The notes under the pieces were generated by a model that had not been told where the DNA came from, ran no database searches, and saw only the letters and a list, made by a program, of their open reading frames with translations. From the NCBI RefSeq assembly GCF_018350175.1, contig NC_058382.1, forward strand, positions 58,282,001 through 58,346,000: a DNA stretch of 64,000 bases. The letters run 5' to 3'. The DNA is from Felis catus. Its lineage: Eukaryota. The position numbers were made by a program, and so were the translations under genes. Below, in pieces: positions 1 to 12,082 of the stretch (position 1 is its first letter; each line of letters opens with the position of its first letter).

Positions 1-1139
1 GTTCCGCGTCGCCGAGAGAAACCACACAGGCAGTGGAGGGGGCTGGGAGAAACGCTTTGCATGGCCCCTCCCTCCCTGCCCCCCCCCCTTCCTCTTAGAC
101 CCCGGCCAGATGTCACCTGCGAGAGAGGTGAGCTTGCCTGGCGTGGCCAGGGCCCTGAGACGCCCCTCTGTGCAGCAGAAGGGTGGCGGTCACCCCCTTA
201 CTCCTCCCCCGGGGACAGAGGGCCAGGCAGGGACCCCTGGGAGCATCTGAGGCGGAGACCGGGGCCCTGCTCGTGCACCCTGCACTTGGGGACGGCCTCC
301 AGGTGTTGTGCCAACTGTTCCTCGCCCAGCCGCGTGCAGCCTGCCGGGGACACCGGGGTCACCTCGAACAGCGCGGCTTCCAGCGGGACCTGCTTGTAAG
401 GCGCCACCCCGGGTTATTAGCGAACAGCAGTGGCCGCGCTCGCAGATGGGGTCAGGCGGCGTGGGGACTTTCCCAAGGTCAGGAAGCAATTTGCAGGCCG
501 AGCCAGGAATAGAACTCCTGAGCTGGGCTGCGCTAACCCCGGGCTCAAATTGCTAGCCGGGCAGGTCTGTGCGGGGAGCAGCGGGGAGCAGGCCTCGGGT
601 CAGGAGGGAGCCGCCACGAGCCCTGTATGTGGGCCAAGGGGAGGGGCCGGGAGCTCTCATCCCTGGTGGACGCGGAAGGCCCACTCGGCTGTTGCCGTCC
701 ATCCTGCAAGGAGGCCGGTTTGAACTCCGGCCTGCAGAGGTTGGTGTGGAGCGGGCATGGCAGCTCGTGGCTGGGAAGGCTCTCGGGGCGCGCCTGTCTG
801 TGTATTTCTTGTAAGAGCATCGGGAGTGTTGGAAAAAGCAACCCACGATCCAGCGTTTGTTTCCCTGGCGGCTCTTTGCAGAACGCTCCGGGTCCTCTCG
901 GGGGGGAGGGATCGGTGTGGCATCCGAGATGTGGCCTCTGCAACGGCTGATGGAAAAAGCTGCATCCTAACAACTCTGGAAAGGCCCCGGCGTTCTAGCA
1001 AGAGAGGGTTCCGAGTGTACCGTCCGGGAGGTTCCCACGTTCTGTTTTTGGCTGGGTTTCTCTCGGGGCAGGAAGGACGCGCGCAGCCTTCGTTGCTGAT
1101 AAAGGTTTGTGTCCTCCTAGGGGCTTTCTAATTTCCTTT

Positions 1140-1400
1140 AAATCAATTCGGCAAACGTTTATTTAAGAGCTGGTGAAGGCCCAGAAAGAAGTGAGGCTGG
1201 ATTGATGGCTCTCCACCACAGTAAAGAATGCTGAAGTCACCCCGGGTAGGGGAAGGTCGACTTCCACTAGAGGGGGTTAGAGCCACGTCCAGGAAGGCTC
1301 CTTGGAGGAGGCGGAATTTAAGCCAGGGCCTGAGGGAAGAGGTAAGCTGTAAACTAGGGAGATTTGGGGAGGGCTGGGAAGGGTGCACCCCGCAGTGGGT
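1140..1400 (-). mobile_element. L2 LINE fragment
   Basis: tcaattcggcaaacgtttattt...ggaaggctccttggaggagg...tttaagccagggcctga. Confidence 0.45.
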
Positions 1401-2966
1401 GCTGCCCGAGCAAAGGTACGAGATGCTCTTAAGTCCGCGTTAACCTGTGTGGAGAGGATCGGGGGACATGGCCAGGACAGGCAGGCGTGGTGGGGGCCTT
1501 GGGTGTGTAAAGAGACTATGTGAGACACTTCCAGAACGGCCTGTGCAGGGGGTGGGGGTGGGAAATGTGGGGAGGAAGAGACACGGGTGCAGGGAGGGTG
1601 CTGGGTCACAGCGGGACGCCCAGGTTGAGAGTGGGGTGAGGCAGGGGAGGCGGCACGGCCTCTGGTGCCAGGCTGGAGGCCCTGGTGGGAGGCAGGGGTT
1701 CTGGGATGGGAGCACGGTAGACGGAGGCCAGAAGGGCCACGCAGGAGGGAAAGCCAAGTCCCGTCTTGGGGCACACAGGTGGAAATGGAGAGAGGGGACA
1801 GTGCACCAGTGCCTCCAACCTTCCCCCGGGGGCCCTGCGGACACCTGGGCACCTCAGACACCGGGCGAAAAGCACCAGCAGCTTCCAACAGAGGAAATGA
1901 CGCTTTCAACGGAATCCTCCCTCTTTGATTATTTCCAGTGGGGAGGCCAAATTATAAGGACATAAATACGACAAGAGCTGGGGTGGGTGGCCAAGCCCTG
2001 GCATTGACCTATTGTCCCAGGCCGCTGGTGGGCAGCGGGGGCCGAGGCCGGGCCTGTGCTCTCTCTCTTCCGGCCTCGCTCGTCCAGTTGGCGGGCAGGA
2101 AGGGGGCACCTGGGGTTTGATTGTCCGGGAGACAGCTTGGGATTTTAATAACAGGCAGTAGATGAATTAATCCAGGAGTTTGTCAGGCGCTGACATCCTG
2201 AGAGGTGGGGAGAGGGGGCCGAGGGGGCGGGGGGGGGGTGCAGGGCCGTGGGAGGGGAGGGTGAAGGTCTAGGCTCAGGGCCCCCGGTTCACCCCTGCTC
2301 GGCCTCCTGTGCAGGAGCAGCGTGCCTGTCACACGGTAAGCACTCCCCACGCCTTAGCTGCTGCCAGGAGGGATTCGGCAGGCGGCGCGGAGGGGGAGGC
2401 TTGAAGGCACTGGGAGGAGGGGCAGGAGCACCACGCCAGCCAGTGGGCCTACTGACCAGGAAGGTAGGGGGGTTTTCCCAACGAGAAGACGGCTGATTAA
2501 TGTTTACAAAGAAGGCTTCTTCCCAAGAAGCTGTTGAGGGAACCACCCAGATTTCTGTGTCCACTGGGTGTCGGGGCGCAGAAGGAGGAACCGGGCCTCC
2601 GCAGCGGAAGGTGCGGGGGTTATGGGGTCCGTCTCGCTGCCCTGCCTTAAGGGGCCACACTGGCCTCGGGTCAGGGGGCCGGGCTTGGAGGGCTCCCCCG
2701 CCACCAGTGACCCCCGGCCCTGCCCACGTCCCAGCCGGCCGCTTTCCGGCCAGGTGTGGCCAGGTGACAGGCGTCCGGCTCTGCGACAGGCGTCTGCCTT
2801 TCCCCGTCAGGACCTCCCCCTGAAGCCGAAGGACTGTTGTGGGGCAGGACGGGGCACTGTGAGCCCCCCCCCCACTTGGAGGGCTCAGAGGTCAGGGCTG
2901 CAGGGACAGCACTGAATGTGTCTGTGTGAGGGGTGGGAGCCTGCGGGGGCAAAATGCCCAGGAGAC

Positions 2967-3182
2967 GGGCGCCTGGGGGGCTCCGTCGGTTAAGCGTCCG
3001 ACTCCGACTCAGGTCATGATGTCACGGGTCATGGGTTCGAGCCCCGCGTCGGGCTCTGTGCTGACAGCCCGGAGCCTGCTTCCGATTCTGTGTCTCCCTC
3101 TGTCTCTGCCCCTCCCCCATTCGTGCTGTGTCTCTCTTTCTCTCAAGATACCAACATTTGAAAAAACTTGGTTTTAAAATAA
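2967..3182 (+). mobile_element. Can-SINE (tRNA-derived carnivore SINE)
   Basis: gggcgcctgg head, B box ggttcgagccc, CT-rich linker, decayed A tail. Confidence 0.9.
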
Positions 3183-3339
3183 GCTCGAACAGCACTGGCT
3201 TCTCTTGAATCGCAGTGTGACCGGGAGTTTCCAGGGGATGCTCGTGTTCAGGCCTCTCCGAAAACCGGCCCTGCCGGCCCTGCCCCGGGGGACGAGCAAG
3301 GGGGCTTCAGCCCAGATCTTATTTTAAAATGGAGGTAGA

Positions 3340-3572
3340 GGGGCGCCTGGGTGGCTCAGTCGGTTAAGCGTCCGACTTGGGCTCAGGTCATGATCTCGCG
3401 GTCCGTGAGTTCGAGCCCTGCATCGGGCTCTTTGCTGACAGCTCAGAGCCTGGAGCCTGTTTCAGATTCTGTGTCTCCCTCTCTCTCTCACCCTCCCCTG
3501 TTCATGCTCTGTCTCTCTCTGTCTCAAAAATAAATAAAACGGTAAAAAAATAAAAAATGAAAAATAAATAAA
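3340..3572 (+). mobile_element. Can-SINE (felid SINEC-like), full length with TSD
   Basis: GGGGCGCCTGGGTGGCTCAGTCGGTTAAG head and A-rich tail; TSD TAAAATGGAGGTAG (3325-3338) / TAAAATTGAGGTAG (3569-3582). Confidence 0.95.
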
Positions 3573-3606
3573 ATTGAGGTAGGATTCACGTAACATAAAA
3601 TTAATG

Positions 3607-3612
3607 ATTTTC

Positions 3613-3688
<76 letters not shown>

Positions 3689-3786
3689 TTCTTTCTTTCT
3701 TTCATTTACTTCCTTCCTACCTTCCCTCCCTCCCTCCCTCCTTCCTTCCTTCCTTCCTTCCTTCCTTCCTTCCTTCCTTCCTTCCT
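3607..3786. repeat. Compound microsatellite (TTTC)n + (CCCT/CCTT)n
   Basis: Directly visible. Confidence 0.97.
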
Positions 3787-3932
3787 AGAGAGGGGCAGAG
3801 AGAATCCCAAGCAGGTTCCGCACTGTCAGCTCGGAGCCCGATTCGGGGTTCCATCCCACGAACCGTGAGATCACGACCTGAGCCGCAGTCAAAAGTCAGA
3901 TGCTCCACCAACCGAGCCACCCAGCCGTCCCC
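3607..3932 (-). mobile_element. Can-SINE whose tail and linker expanded into microsatellites
   Basis: Reverse-complement head (gagccacccagccgtcccc) ending at 3932; agaatcccaagcagg body. Confidence 0.88.
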
Positions 3933-6049
3933 AGATGAACCATTTTAATCTGAACCACTCAGGCATTCAGTACATTCACGAAATTGTACAACCACCACCT
4001 CTGTCTTGGTGCAAAACGTTTTTCTCGCTTCCCCGGAAGGAAACCCTGTCCTTAGCACGCGCTCCTACCCCTCCCCTAGCCCCCAAGTCTCCCCCGTGTT
4101 GTGCCTCGTGTCAGTATTTCACCCTTTTTATGACCGAGTAATATTCTGCCGCGTGGCCAGGACCTGGGGTTTTTTAAATCCACGTATCATTTGATGGACA
4201 CTCAGGTTGCTTCCAGATTCCGGCCACGAATGAATACCGTTCGTGGACAGGGCTGTGCGGACGTGCGTTCCCATGCACCGCGCCTTGGAACCTGTGTCAG
4301 GACACCACGTCTTCTGTGTGGCTAAGCCATGTTTGTTTATCCCCTCATCTGGGGCAGGGGGGGGCGGGGGGGGGACGTTCCTGTGGGTCGGGTGACTTTT
4401 AAAGACGCATCTCTGAGAAGGAAGTTCCGACTAGGCGCCACCAACATTTAAAAAACGACGAAACCAAGGGACTTTGGTGGCCGGCCAGTCTCCACCCTTC
4501 TGACTCTTCTGCAGACCCTGCAGGAGACCGTCCAGGAGGACAGTGCCCGAGTATTTGACTCCTGGAGGCCTCTTCCTGCGTATGGGCAAAGGCAGGGATG
4601 TTCCTGCCAGGATGTGCAACAGCGACCCCCCCCACCCCCCCACCCCTGTACTGGTGCAGTCGCCTGCCTGGCCTCCCTGCCCATCTGAGAAGCGCTTCCT
4701 CGTGAAACCGAACTGGAGTGCGCGTCTGTTGAGCTGCAACTGTGTCCCAGGCACCGTGCGAGGCTCTTTCTGGTTTATGTTCTCGTGGAAGGCCTCACGA
4801 GAGCCGCGGGAAGGGTTGTGTTGCTCGCCCGACAACAGCAGGCAAAATTAGGGTGAGGTGGCCATGTGCCCAGCCAGGCGGGGGTCGCGCAGGCTTATTT
4901 AGGCCAGTGTCTCTGGCCTCAGACCCTCTGTCCCCACGCGCACGTCCCTCCGAATGCCAGCATGTGCTTGGCGGCAGCTTGCTCTTTGGACGACCATCGA
5001 ATGAGGTCGGTGCCAAGATGCCCAGTGATTTTATGCTTAGGACGAGGCGGTGGTAAAATCTTCGGAGGGTGTGGAAGCAGGTAATCGGCTCCAGAGGGTG
5101 GTGCCCTGGGGAGAAGAGGGAGATGGGTGAAGCCGAAAGACAGCTGGTCTGGGGCCTTGAATGCCGAGCCAGGACGCTGCTGGCCCAGGAGTCCAGACGC
5201 TGGGACTGTGTTCTCCTGACGGGGGCGAGTGGCCGGTGAGGATTTTGCTTAATGGGCCTTGCTGGCCACCACTGTGGGCCGTGCCCCCCACCCCCTGCCC
5301 GGAAGGTTCCGCGCCTGCCCTGGGAGGCAGAGCCTGGGAGCTCGCGCCTGTCCCACAGCGCAGGCCCACCAGGTAGATGGGATTCGGGGATTCTGAGTGC
5401 TCTGCGATTTCATAAAAGCCTGCTAAAATAAGACCACTCAGGAACGTATTCTCTCCTGCTTTACATCACAAATGTTGACAGTAGGAAAATGTGGCCAGGT
5501 TTCTCTCAGATATGAAAAATGGAAATGAAACCCAGCCCCCCTACCCCAGACAGCAGCGTGGAGGAGGGGGCGCCCTGGAAAGCGGGGTGATGTCTCTGCT
5601 GCGCGTCCACTTCCTCACCCAGACGATAAGGCGGCGCCACCCCCACAGGGCTCCGAATGCTGAAGGGGTCGAGTGCCCTCACCCAGCCGTGCCCTAAAGG
5701 TGTTGGGAGTCAGGAGGCGCTGGGCCACTGTGAGGCGGGGAGGGGGGGGACTCCTTGCAAACTGTCTTTTTCCGGAAGCTGCAGCCTGGGGGCCGTTTGC
5801 CTCCCTCCTCCAGGGGGCAGGGGGGAGAGACTGGTTGTGGAGGGGAGCCCAGGCTCAGCCCAGGTGGCGGGGGGATGGGCAGCGGTTCAGGCGGGGCCCA
5901 CCCTGAGGGTGGGGGACCCCGGCCCCGGCAGGCTCAGCTGGAAAGGGAATTGCAGAGCCCCCAGATGGGGGTGGAGCTAAGGAGGTTTGTGCGTGACCCC
6001 GTGGGAGGGCCACCCGGGCGATCCTTGTCCCCAATGGCATCTTGCAGGT

Positions 6050-7200
6050 ACTGGGTGCGGGGTGGGGGTGGGGGGCGGGGGTCAGCAGTGGCAGAAAAGC
6101 CTCTGCGGGCCCCCGGGAGTCGCCGCCCCCTTCCGTCTCCCACCCCCTCTCCGCCCGCGTTGGCCTGGCCCCGCCGTATAAAGTTTAAAGGTTTTAAATG
6201 CAAATATTTCTCTTTTATAGATGCCAGCTGTCTCCAGAGAGCGCGTTTGCTCGCAGCTCAACTTTATTGTCCAATTAGCTTCCCATATCTGGGTCCCGGA
6301 GAGCCCGGGGGCCGGGGGAGGGGGGCACGGCTCCCGCGGCGGGGCCGGAGCTGGAGGCCGCCCCCAGGGGACCCTGTGTGTGTGTGTGTGTGTATGTGGG
6401 GGGGGGGGGAGCGGGGTGGACGGGCTGGGGCGGGGGTGGGGGGGGCGCCTTTCAGAGGCCGGGCCGGGCGAGGCGGGAGCAGGGGCGGGGGCCGTTCGTG
6501 GCAGGGGTGTGCTTTTCTTATTTAGAAGGAATAAAGGCAGCCCGCCCCGCGCCCACTGGCTTCCTTTTAGTCCCTCTCGAGTGTCCCCTCCCCGCCCGCT
6601 TCCCCGCCGCCCGGCGGCTTCCCCATTCACCGGGGCTCGGCGGCGCTCACAAAGCGAGGCAATTAGAATTGAAAATCTATGCAAAACAGCTGTTAACTGA
6701 TTGTAAGGGAGTGCAGCTGTGTGCCGAGTGCAGCTTGGAGGCTGGCGGAAGGGCAGGAAGTGCTGGGGCAGCCCGGGGTTAAGAGGCAAACTCCCGTCAC
6801 CTCGTCCGAGGGAGCCGGCTAGGCCTTAACCCTTGCTGCTCCCCTGCAGGTGACCTTGGCTACCGCGGGGCCGGCCGCGAGGGCGTGGGGGCGGGGTCGG
6901 CCCCCGGTCCCGCCCCCCCAGCCGGCCCCGCCTTCCGCAGGACCCGCGGCTGGAGAGGGAGGGCGGGGCGCTCTCTCCCATTCCACCCCCGCCCCGTCGC
7001 CGCCCTCTCTCTCCGTTTACCGGTTCAACAGATCTGCGCGATGTCGGAACGCGCAGGGCGTGCCAGGGGGCTGGGGCTGTGTCGCCGCTGCTGTCCTTCT
7101 GCCCTCCAGGCCGCCGGGCGGGGGAGGGGAAGGAGCCCGGGGGCTCCAGTAATCACCGCGAGGCCCAGACTCCCCCTCTCCCGGCCTGCCGAGGGAGGCT
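6050..7200. promoter_or_regulatory. Upstream CpG-rich regulatory region with embedded AT-rich motif blocks
   Basis: CpG-dense, with GC boxes, CAGCTG E-boxes and TTTAT/AATTA motifs at 6177-6290 and 6655-6720. Confidence 0.5.
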
Positions 7201-9334
7201 CCCGCCTGGCCCACGGGGTTGCTCCGTGGAGTGAGTGGCCTGGGGATCTGTGTTTCTCACGGACCCCCCCACCCCCCCCCCCCCCTTCACATTGTCTGAG
7301 ACCCACTGCACCGTGGGACTCAGCGCCCGGAGGGATGAATTCCAGAGGCAGGGAAGGGAAAAGCCTTCTGGAAAGAGATAAGATTTGAGTCCAGCTTTGA
7401 AGAGGGAGAGGTGCTCTGGGCCGTGCTGGCTGGAAGGAGAAAAACTTCTGTAGATCAGTGGTGGGGGTCTGGTCGCTGGGCTGGAAGTGGTGCCTGGGCA
7501 GACCTTTGCTGCTCCCGGTGGGGCCCCACCCACGCAGGTGACACCCTTGGGCTCGTGGCCTTGGGGAGGGTGGGCCACTCAAGCTGAGGTGCTGCACAGG
7601 TCCCCAGGTGTCAGGCTGTGCGTGATGGGTCCCCCACCCCCCAGGGGTGTCTGCAGCAGGTAATTATTACAAACGGCTGCCAGGTACAGGCAGACAGCCC
7701 GGGTCTGGATCAGGCCTGGATCGAATTTGTGTACCCTAGGCAAGTTAATTAACCTCTGGTCTCCTAGCCAGGCTTTGTAATGGAGGTCACCCGGTCCACC
7801 TCAAAAGGCCCAGGCTGAGCTGTCTTGGCACGTGTTGGGTGTTTGGTAAATGGCAGAAGCCATATCCCCTTCCCACCCACGACGACGACGTCCGGGTCCC
7901 TGATGCTTATTTGCCGGTAAAGGTGCCGAATGAGGTGGCTGCGGCCATGTGACAGTGATGGTGTCCTTGTGTGCTGGGAGCACCTGATCGGGGCAGAGGG
8001 CACTGTTAAAGTGCTTGAGCGTCCCGCTGGCCCCACAAGGACACAGGATGACAAGGACCAGGACTGTGGGATTCCCTCCGTGGTGCCAAGGGCCCGTCAC
8101 AGACCAGGGGCTGGCACCTGTGCTGGGACCCGGTGGGAAGCAGTCCCTGCTAGTGCCCACACTCCTGGGAACTTCACCTGGCCCAGGTAGGTGCCCTTGC
8201 GGTGGTGGTGGGTTGAGTAGCCGACCACCTCCTGCCTTCTCCATTCTGCACTGTCCTGAAGCGACCCCCCCCCTCCCCGACAGCAGTTTGGCACCGATGT
8301 TTGTCGCCTGGTCTCTGAGGGCAGCTGAGGGCTGGCCTGGCACTTTCAGTTTTGTTTCCTGGAGGGCGCTGGCACTTGGTGCGTTTGTTGACTGACTGCC
8401 CACCATGGTGGTTAGAGGCACGCCTTTCTTTCCAGCCCATCCCTCTGTGCCTCTCCATCACGCACCTCCTCCTCAGTTCCTAGCCTCAGGTGGTAGGCAG
8501 GTTTAAGAGGTGCCCGGGGCTTGTCCTCGACGGAGGGTTTTTCATCTTTTTGGCCATGCAGACTTCACAGGCTCCAGGAGGCCGGGCTGGATCTGCAAGG
8601 ATCCATCTTGTAGGGGCTCCGAGCCCGGGGAGGGCGGTAGGAACCCTGCTTCCTGCACCAGGAGGCACAGTTGAGATTGGCGGGGGGCTGACGGTGCAGG
8701 GAAGCATGCACCCGCATCCTGTCGCCCCTGGCACGTAGGAAGCAGAACCCTGGTGCAGGGTAGGGGCAGGTGTCCCAGCTCAGGGAGCTGTCCCCACGTT
8801 GGCCCCCCCGTAGGACTGGTCCTGGCACCTTGCCCTTTTACCCCGAACCTTTTGTCTCTGCCTTCTGTTTCCCAGCAAATGGGAAGGAGGGAGGGGAGGT
8901 CCTGGGAGGCAGAGCGGTGGGAGCTGCTGAGGAGGAAAGAGAAAGAACGCGCCTTGGAGGGAAATGGAGGGCCGCCAGCCTGAGCCCCGAGTGGCGGGAA
9001 ATTAGGAGTCAAGCTACAAACCTCGTTAGCGAGGAACGCGGGCTGCAGGAGAGCAATTTCCACCCTTAAACTCGGAGGCCGTGCTCCCGGATTACTAATT
9101 TCCTCGAGCTGGGCGCGCTGACAGTGAGTGTCATCCGTCTACCCCCACCCCCCTGCCAGCCCGCCTGGCGGCCGCCAGCACAACTAAACCGACGCGCACT
9201 CCGTCGGCTCGTTGCTGCCCCCCGGTGGTCGCTGGGGTTCCCTGCAGCGCCCCCCCCCCACCCCCCTGCCTCCGCGGCGGTGCCGGGCTGGGGAGGAGAC
9301 CCCAGGTGTGAGCGGCTCCCCTTGCACCAGGGCC

Positions 9335-9390
9335 CGCGTGACCTTGAGCAACTCTCGGCCTCAGCTTCCTCATCTGTGAAACGGGACCGG
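9335..9390 (+). mobile_element. MIR fragment
   Basis: gtgaccttgagcaa...gcctcagcttcctcatctgtgaaacggg, the MIR core. Confidence 0.7.
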
Positions 9391-9899
9391 ACCACCCGTC
9401 TCGCAATCCAGTGGAACTCAGATGTCTACACGGGATAGATCCTCCCAACTCGAAACATGAGCCAAATGATAACCTGAGTGGCGACCCCACCGCTTTTTGC
9501 TTCGCTGTCGTGGGCCTCTTCAAACAGGTGGAAGAACCTGGGCCGCCCTCCTCACAGGGCCTCCCAGGGTTGAAGGGAAAAAGCGGGTGCTGGGTGTCCG
9601 TCCCGGCAGGAGGTATTTGGAGGCCGGCCTGGAGGGCCTGGAAGGGCCAGCTGGGAGGAGCCTCCCCCGCCAGGTGCGAGATGCTCATTTGCATGTGATT
9701 CCCCTCCCCTCCCCACCTCCCCCGCAGCCTGAAATTCAGGTGGGAAAGCGTTGGAGCAGCCCCAGAGGTTTTTAATTTTGTTTTTGAGGCCCTAGGCTTG
9801 TCGCCGAGCTCTCTCCTGACTCCTCCCTCCCCTGCCCCCGCCGGTGTGTCCCGGCGGGGACGGACGCTTCCCCTCCCCCCCCCTCCCCCCGCGCTCTGG

Positions 9900-10080
9900 C
9901 CGCCGGGGCCGCGGTGAATCTGCCGGCCACTGCTGGGCATACATGACCGGAGGCCGCGCTGCGGAGATACCGTGCGGTGCGGTGCGTAAGGCGTCGGGCG
10001 GAGGCCGAGGCCCGCAGGAGGCCGGTGGTGCAGGGGAAGCGCCCCTCCCGCGCGGTGTGAGGGCCGGCCGGCGCCCGCAG
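9900..10080 (+). other. GSE1: Candidate alternative first exon of GSE1
   Basis: CpG-rich segment ending in donor CGCAG|GTAGGA at 10080/10081, ~2 kb upstream of exon 1; the start coordinate is a guess. Confidence 0.45.
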
Positions 10081-11469
10081 GTAGGAGCCAGTAACGGCCC
10101 CCCGGCCCGGCCTCGCGGGTCCGTTTCCCTTTTCGTTTGTGGTCGGCTCGGAGCCTTGTGCAAGGCGGGGGGCGGGGGCGCGACCCGGGTGCGCCCCCAC
10201 TCCGTGTGCCCCTGCTGGCGCGAAGTCGAAGGTGGAGCAGGGGAGCGGGTGGCTTGGGGGCGCCCGTCGGGGCCCTGCCCCTCGGCCCGCAGCGGGCACA
10301 TAGGCGGGTTCGGCTCCCCGCTGGCGCGGGCCCCGAATGCTCCAGGCCCGCCAGCGTCATCTGGAACAGATGGATGGGGGGTGGCAGGCGCCCAGCGCTC
10401 CCTCCCATCGCAATCCGGGCTGGCGCGGGGAGGGAGAGGGAGGGAGGGAGGGAGGGAGGGAGGAAGGCGGGGGAGGCTGGGCCCGCGGGGCGGCAGCGTG
10501 CGCGCCTGCCAAGCGCGGCGCGGGCATGTCCCGGGGCAGGTTTGGGGCTGGCTGAAGCGCGGGCTGGCACCTGGGTCCGAAAGTTGAAACCGGCCGCGCG
10601 GCGCTGGGTTGGGGGTCCCGCTTTGCCTCCTGGCTCAGAAGTATGAAAGCTGTAGATTAGAGACTTTTCAAAAGGGAACGTACAGGGAGAGACCCTGGGG
10701 CATCGCAACACTGCCGGGAGCTTGGGACGCGCGCGGGGTCAGACCCCGGGGCGCCGGAAAGCGCCAGGGCCAGGGGCGTTGGGCGAGGCGTGCCCTATTA
10801 ACCCGGCGCTTCCTGGAGACGCAGGCGGCGCGGGGGTGGGCTACAGGCTCCCGGTCTGCGCCCAACGCCGGTGGGGGCGGGGCGGAGCGGGGGTGGGCTT
10901 GGGGGCAGGAAGGCTGGGGCCCGCAGTCCTTCGCCTAGCCGCCTGTGGGTGCCCAGGAATTTCAGGACGCTCCCTGAGTCATTCCAGTCTGTCAAGTGCC
11001 TGGGTGAGGTGGGGGGGGGGGGGTGCCAGGAATGGGGAGGCGCTGCGCTGGGGCCCGAGGCCCAGTGGGTCTTGCCAGTTTCTGGAGGCGGGCGGCCTCG
11101 CCTCTGACCGCAACCCCAGCTACTTAATGATCCCGCTGGTGGAGCGGCGCCTCCGTGGACTCCCCAGCCTCTGAGACGTGGGTTCTTGAAAGAACTGCCC
11201 CTTGGCCCGGCGTGTGGCCTTCCCAAAAGTTACTTCTAACAACGGGAGGGGGCAGTTCCTAGAATTTGGGCATGGGAAGGCGCAGAGGCCCGAAGTTTTC
11301 ACATTCAACCCTTTCAAGTTGTGGCTGTAAGGTCACGAATCTGGAGGGGCGGTCGGGAGGATAAAGCGCACGGCCTATCTTGTGTTGCCCTCACCCCACC
11401 CTGCGGCGCCGCCAACAGGCTCACCGGCTCCAAGAAAGTTCTCCTCCCAAAGGCCTCCAGACCATGAGT

Positions 11470-11570
11470 GTATCCGCTCTCTATTGGGCCTGCTCTGTGC
11501 CAGACACTGTTGTAGGCACTGGGGACGCGGTGGTCACGAGACCTGCTAGGGCTCTGCTGGCGTGGCGATC
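11470..11570 (-). mobile_element. L2 fragment
   Basis: tattgggcctgctctgtgccagacactgttgtaggcactgggga. Confidence 0.6.
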
Positions 11571-12082
11571 ATGTTGGAACTGACCGCCCCCTACTTGTGC
11601 AATTAAGTGGCGGGCCTCGGACACTAGTGTATCTGGGACCCCTGAGCGGTCGAGCCAGGGGCCCCCCGGGAGCCTGAGGGTGGCACTTCCCCTACCTGCT
11701 AGTGTCCTCGACTCACCTGGCTGGTGAGGCCGGGAGGGGCGTGTGCCCGCGCGAGTGTACCCGGGCGCCCGTCCGTGCGCGCGCGCGCGCGCGCGTGTGT
11801 GTGTTTGCGGCTGAAACCCGACACCTCCCGCTGGCTGAGGTCAGGGAGCCTGGAGCGAGCCAGTGGCCCGGGAGTGGGCGGCGTTGCGCTTGGGTGTGTC
11901 CTCGGCGGCGGCGACAGCAGCAGGTGTTTCTTGGCCGGGGCCCCGGAAGCTCCACCTCCCCAGCGGCCCGAGCCGCCGCCACCGCCGCCGCGCAGCCCGG
12001 GGTGAGATAAGCAGTTTAGACAAACACTGGGCGACGGTGGCTCCAGCATGTGTCAGCCGAGGCGGAGCTGCGGGGCCCTGGC

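Larger units (their letters stand above)
3320..4290 (-). mobile_element. Old L1M (L1MB/MC-like) 3' end interrupted by two SINEs
   Basis: ttgaggtaggattcacgtaacataaaatt...cattcagtacattcacgaaattgtacaaccaccacc...gatggacactcaggttgcttcca resembles an antisense L1M 3'UTR. Confidence 0.7.

Noticed and set aside
3340..3430. tRNA-like A/B boxes
   Set aside because: Head of a tRNA-derived Can-SINE, not a tRNA gene; the same applies to the other SINE copies
3604..3948. ORF with FFLS/FLPS repeats
   Set aside because: Translation of a microsatellite and a SINE
9131..10711. 526-aa minus-strand ORF
   Set aside because: Low-complexity P/G/R/A translation of a CpG island that runs through a MIR; non-ATG start and no recognisable domain
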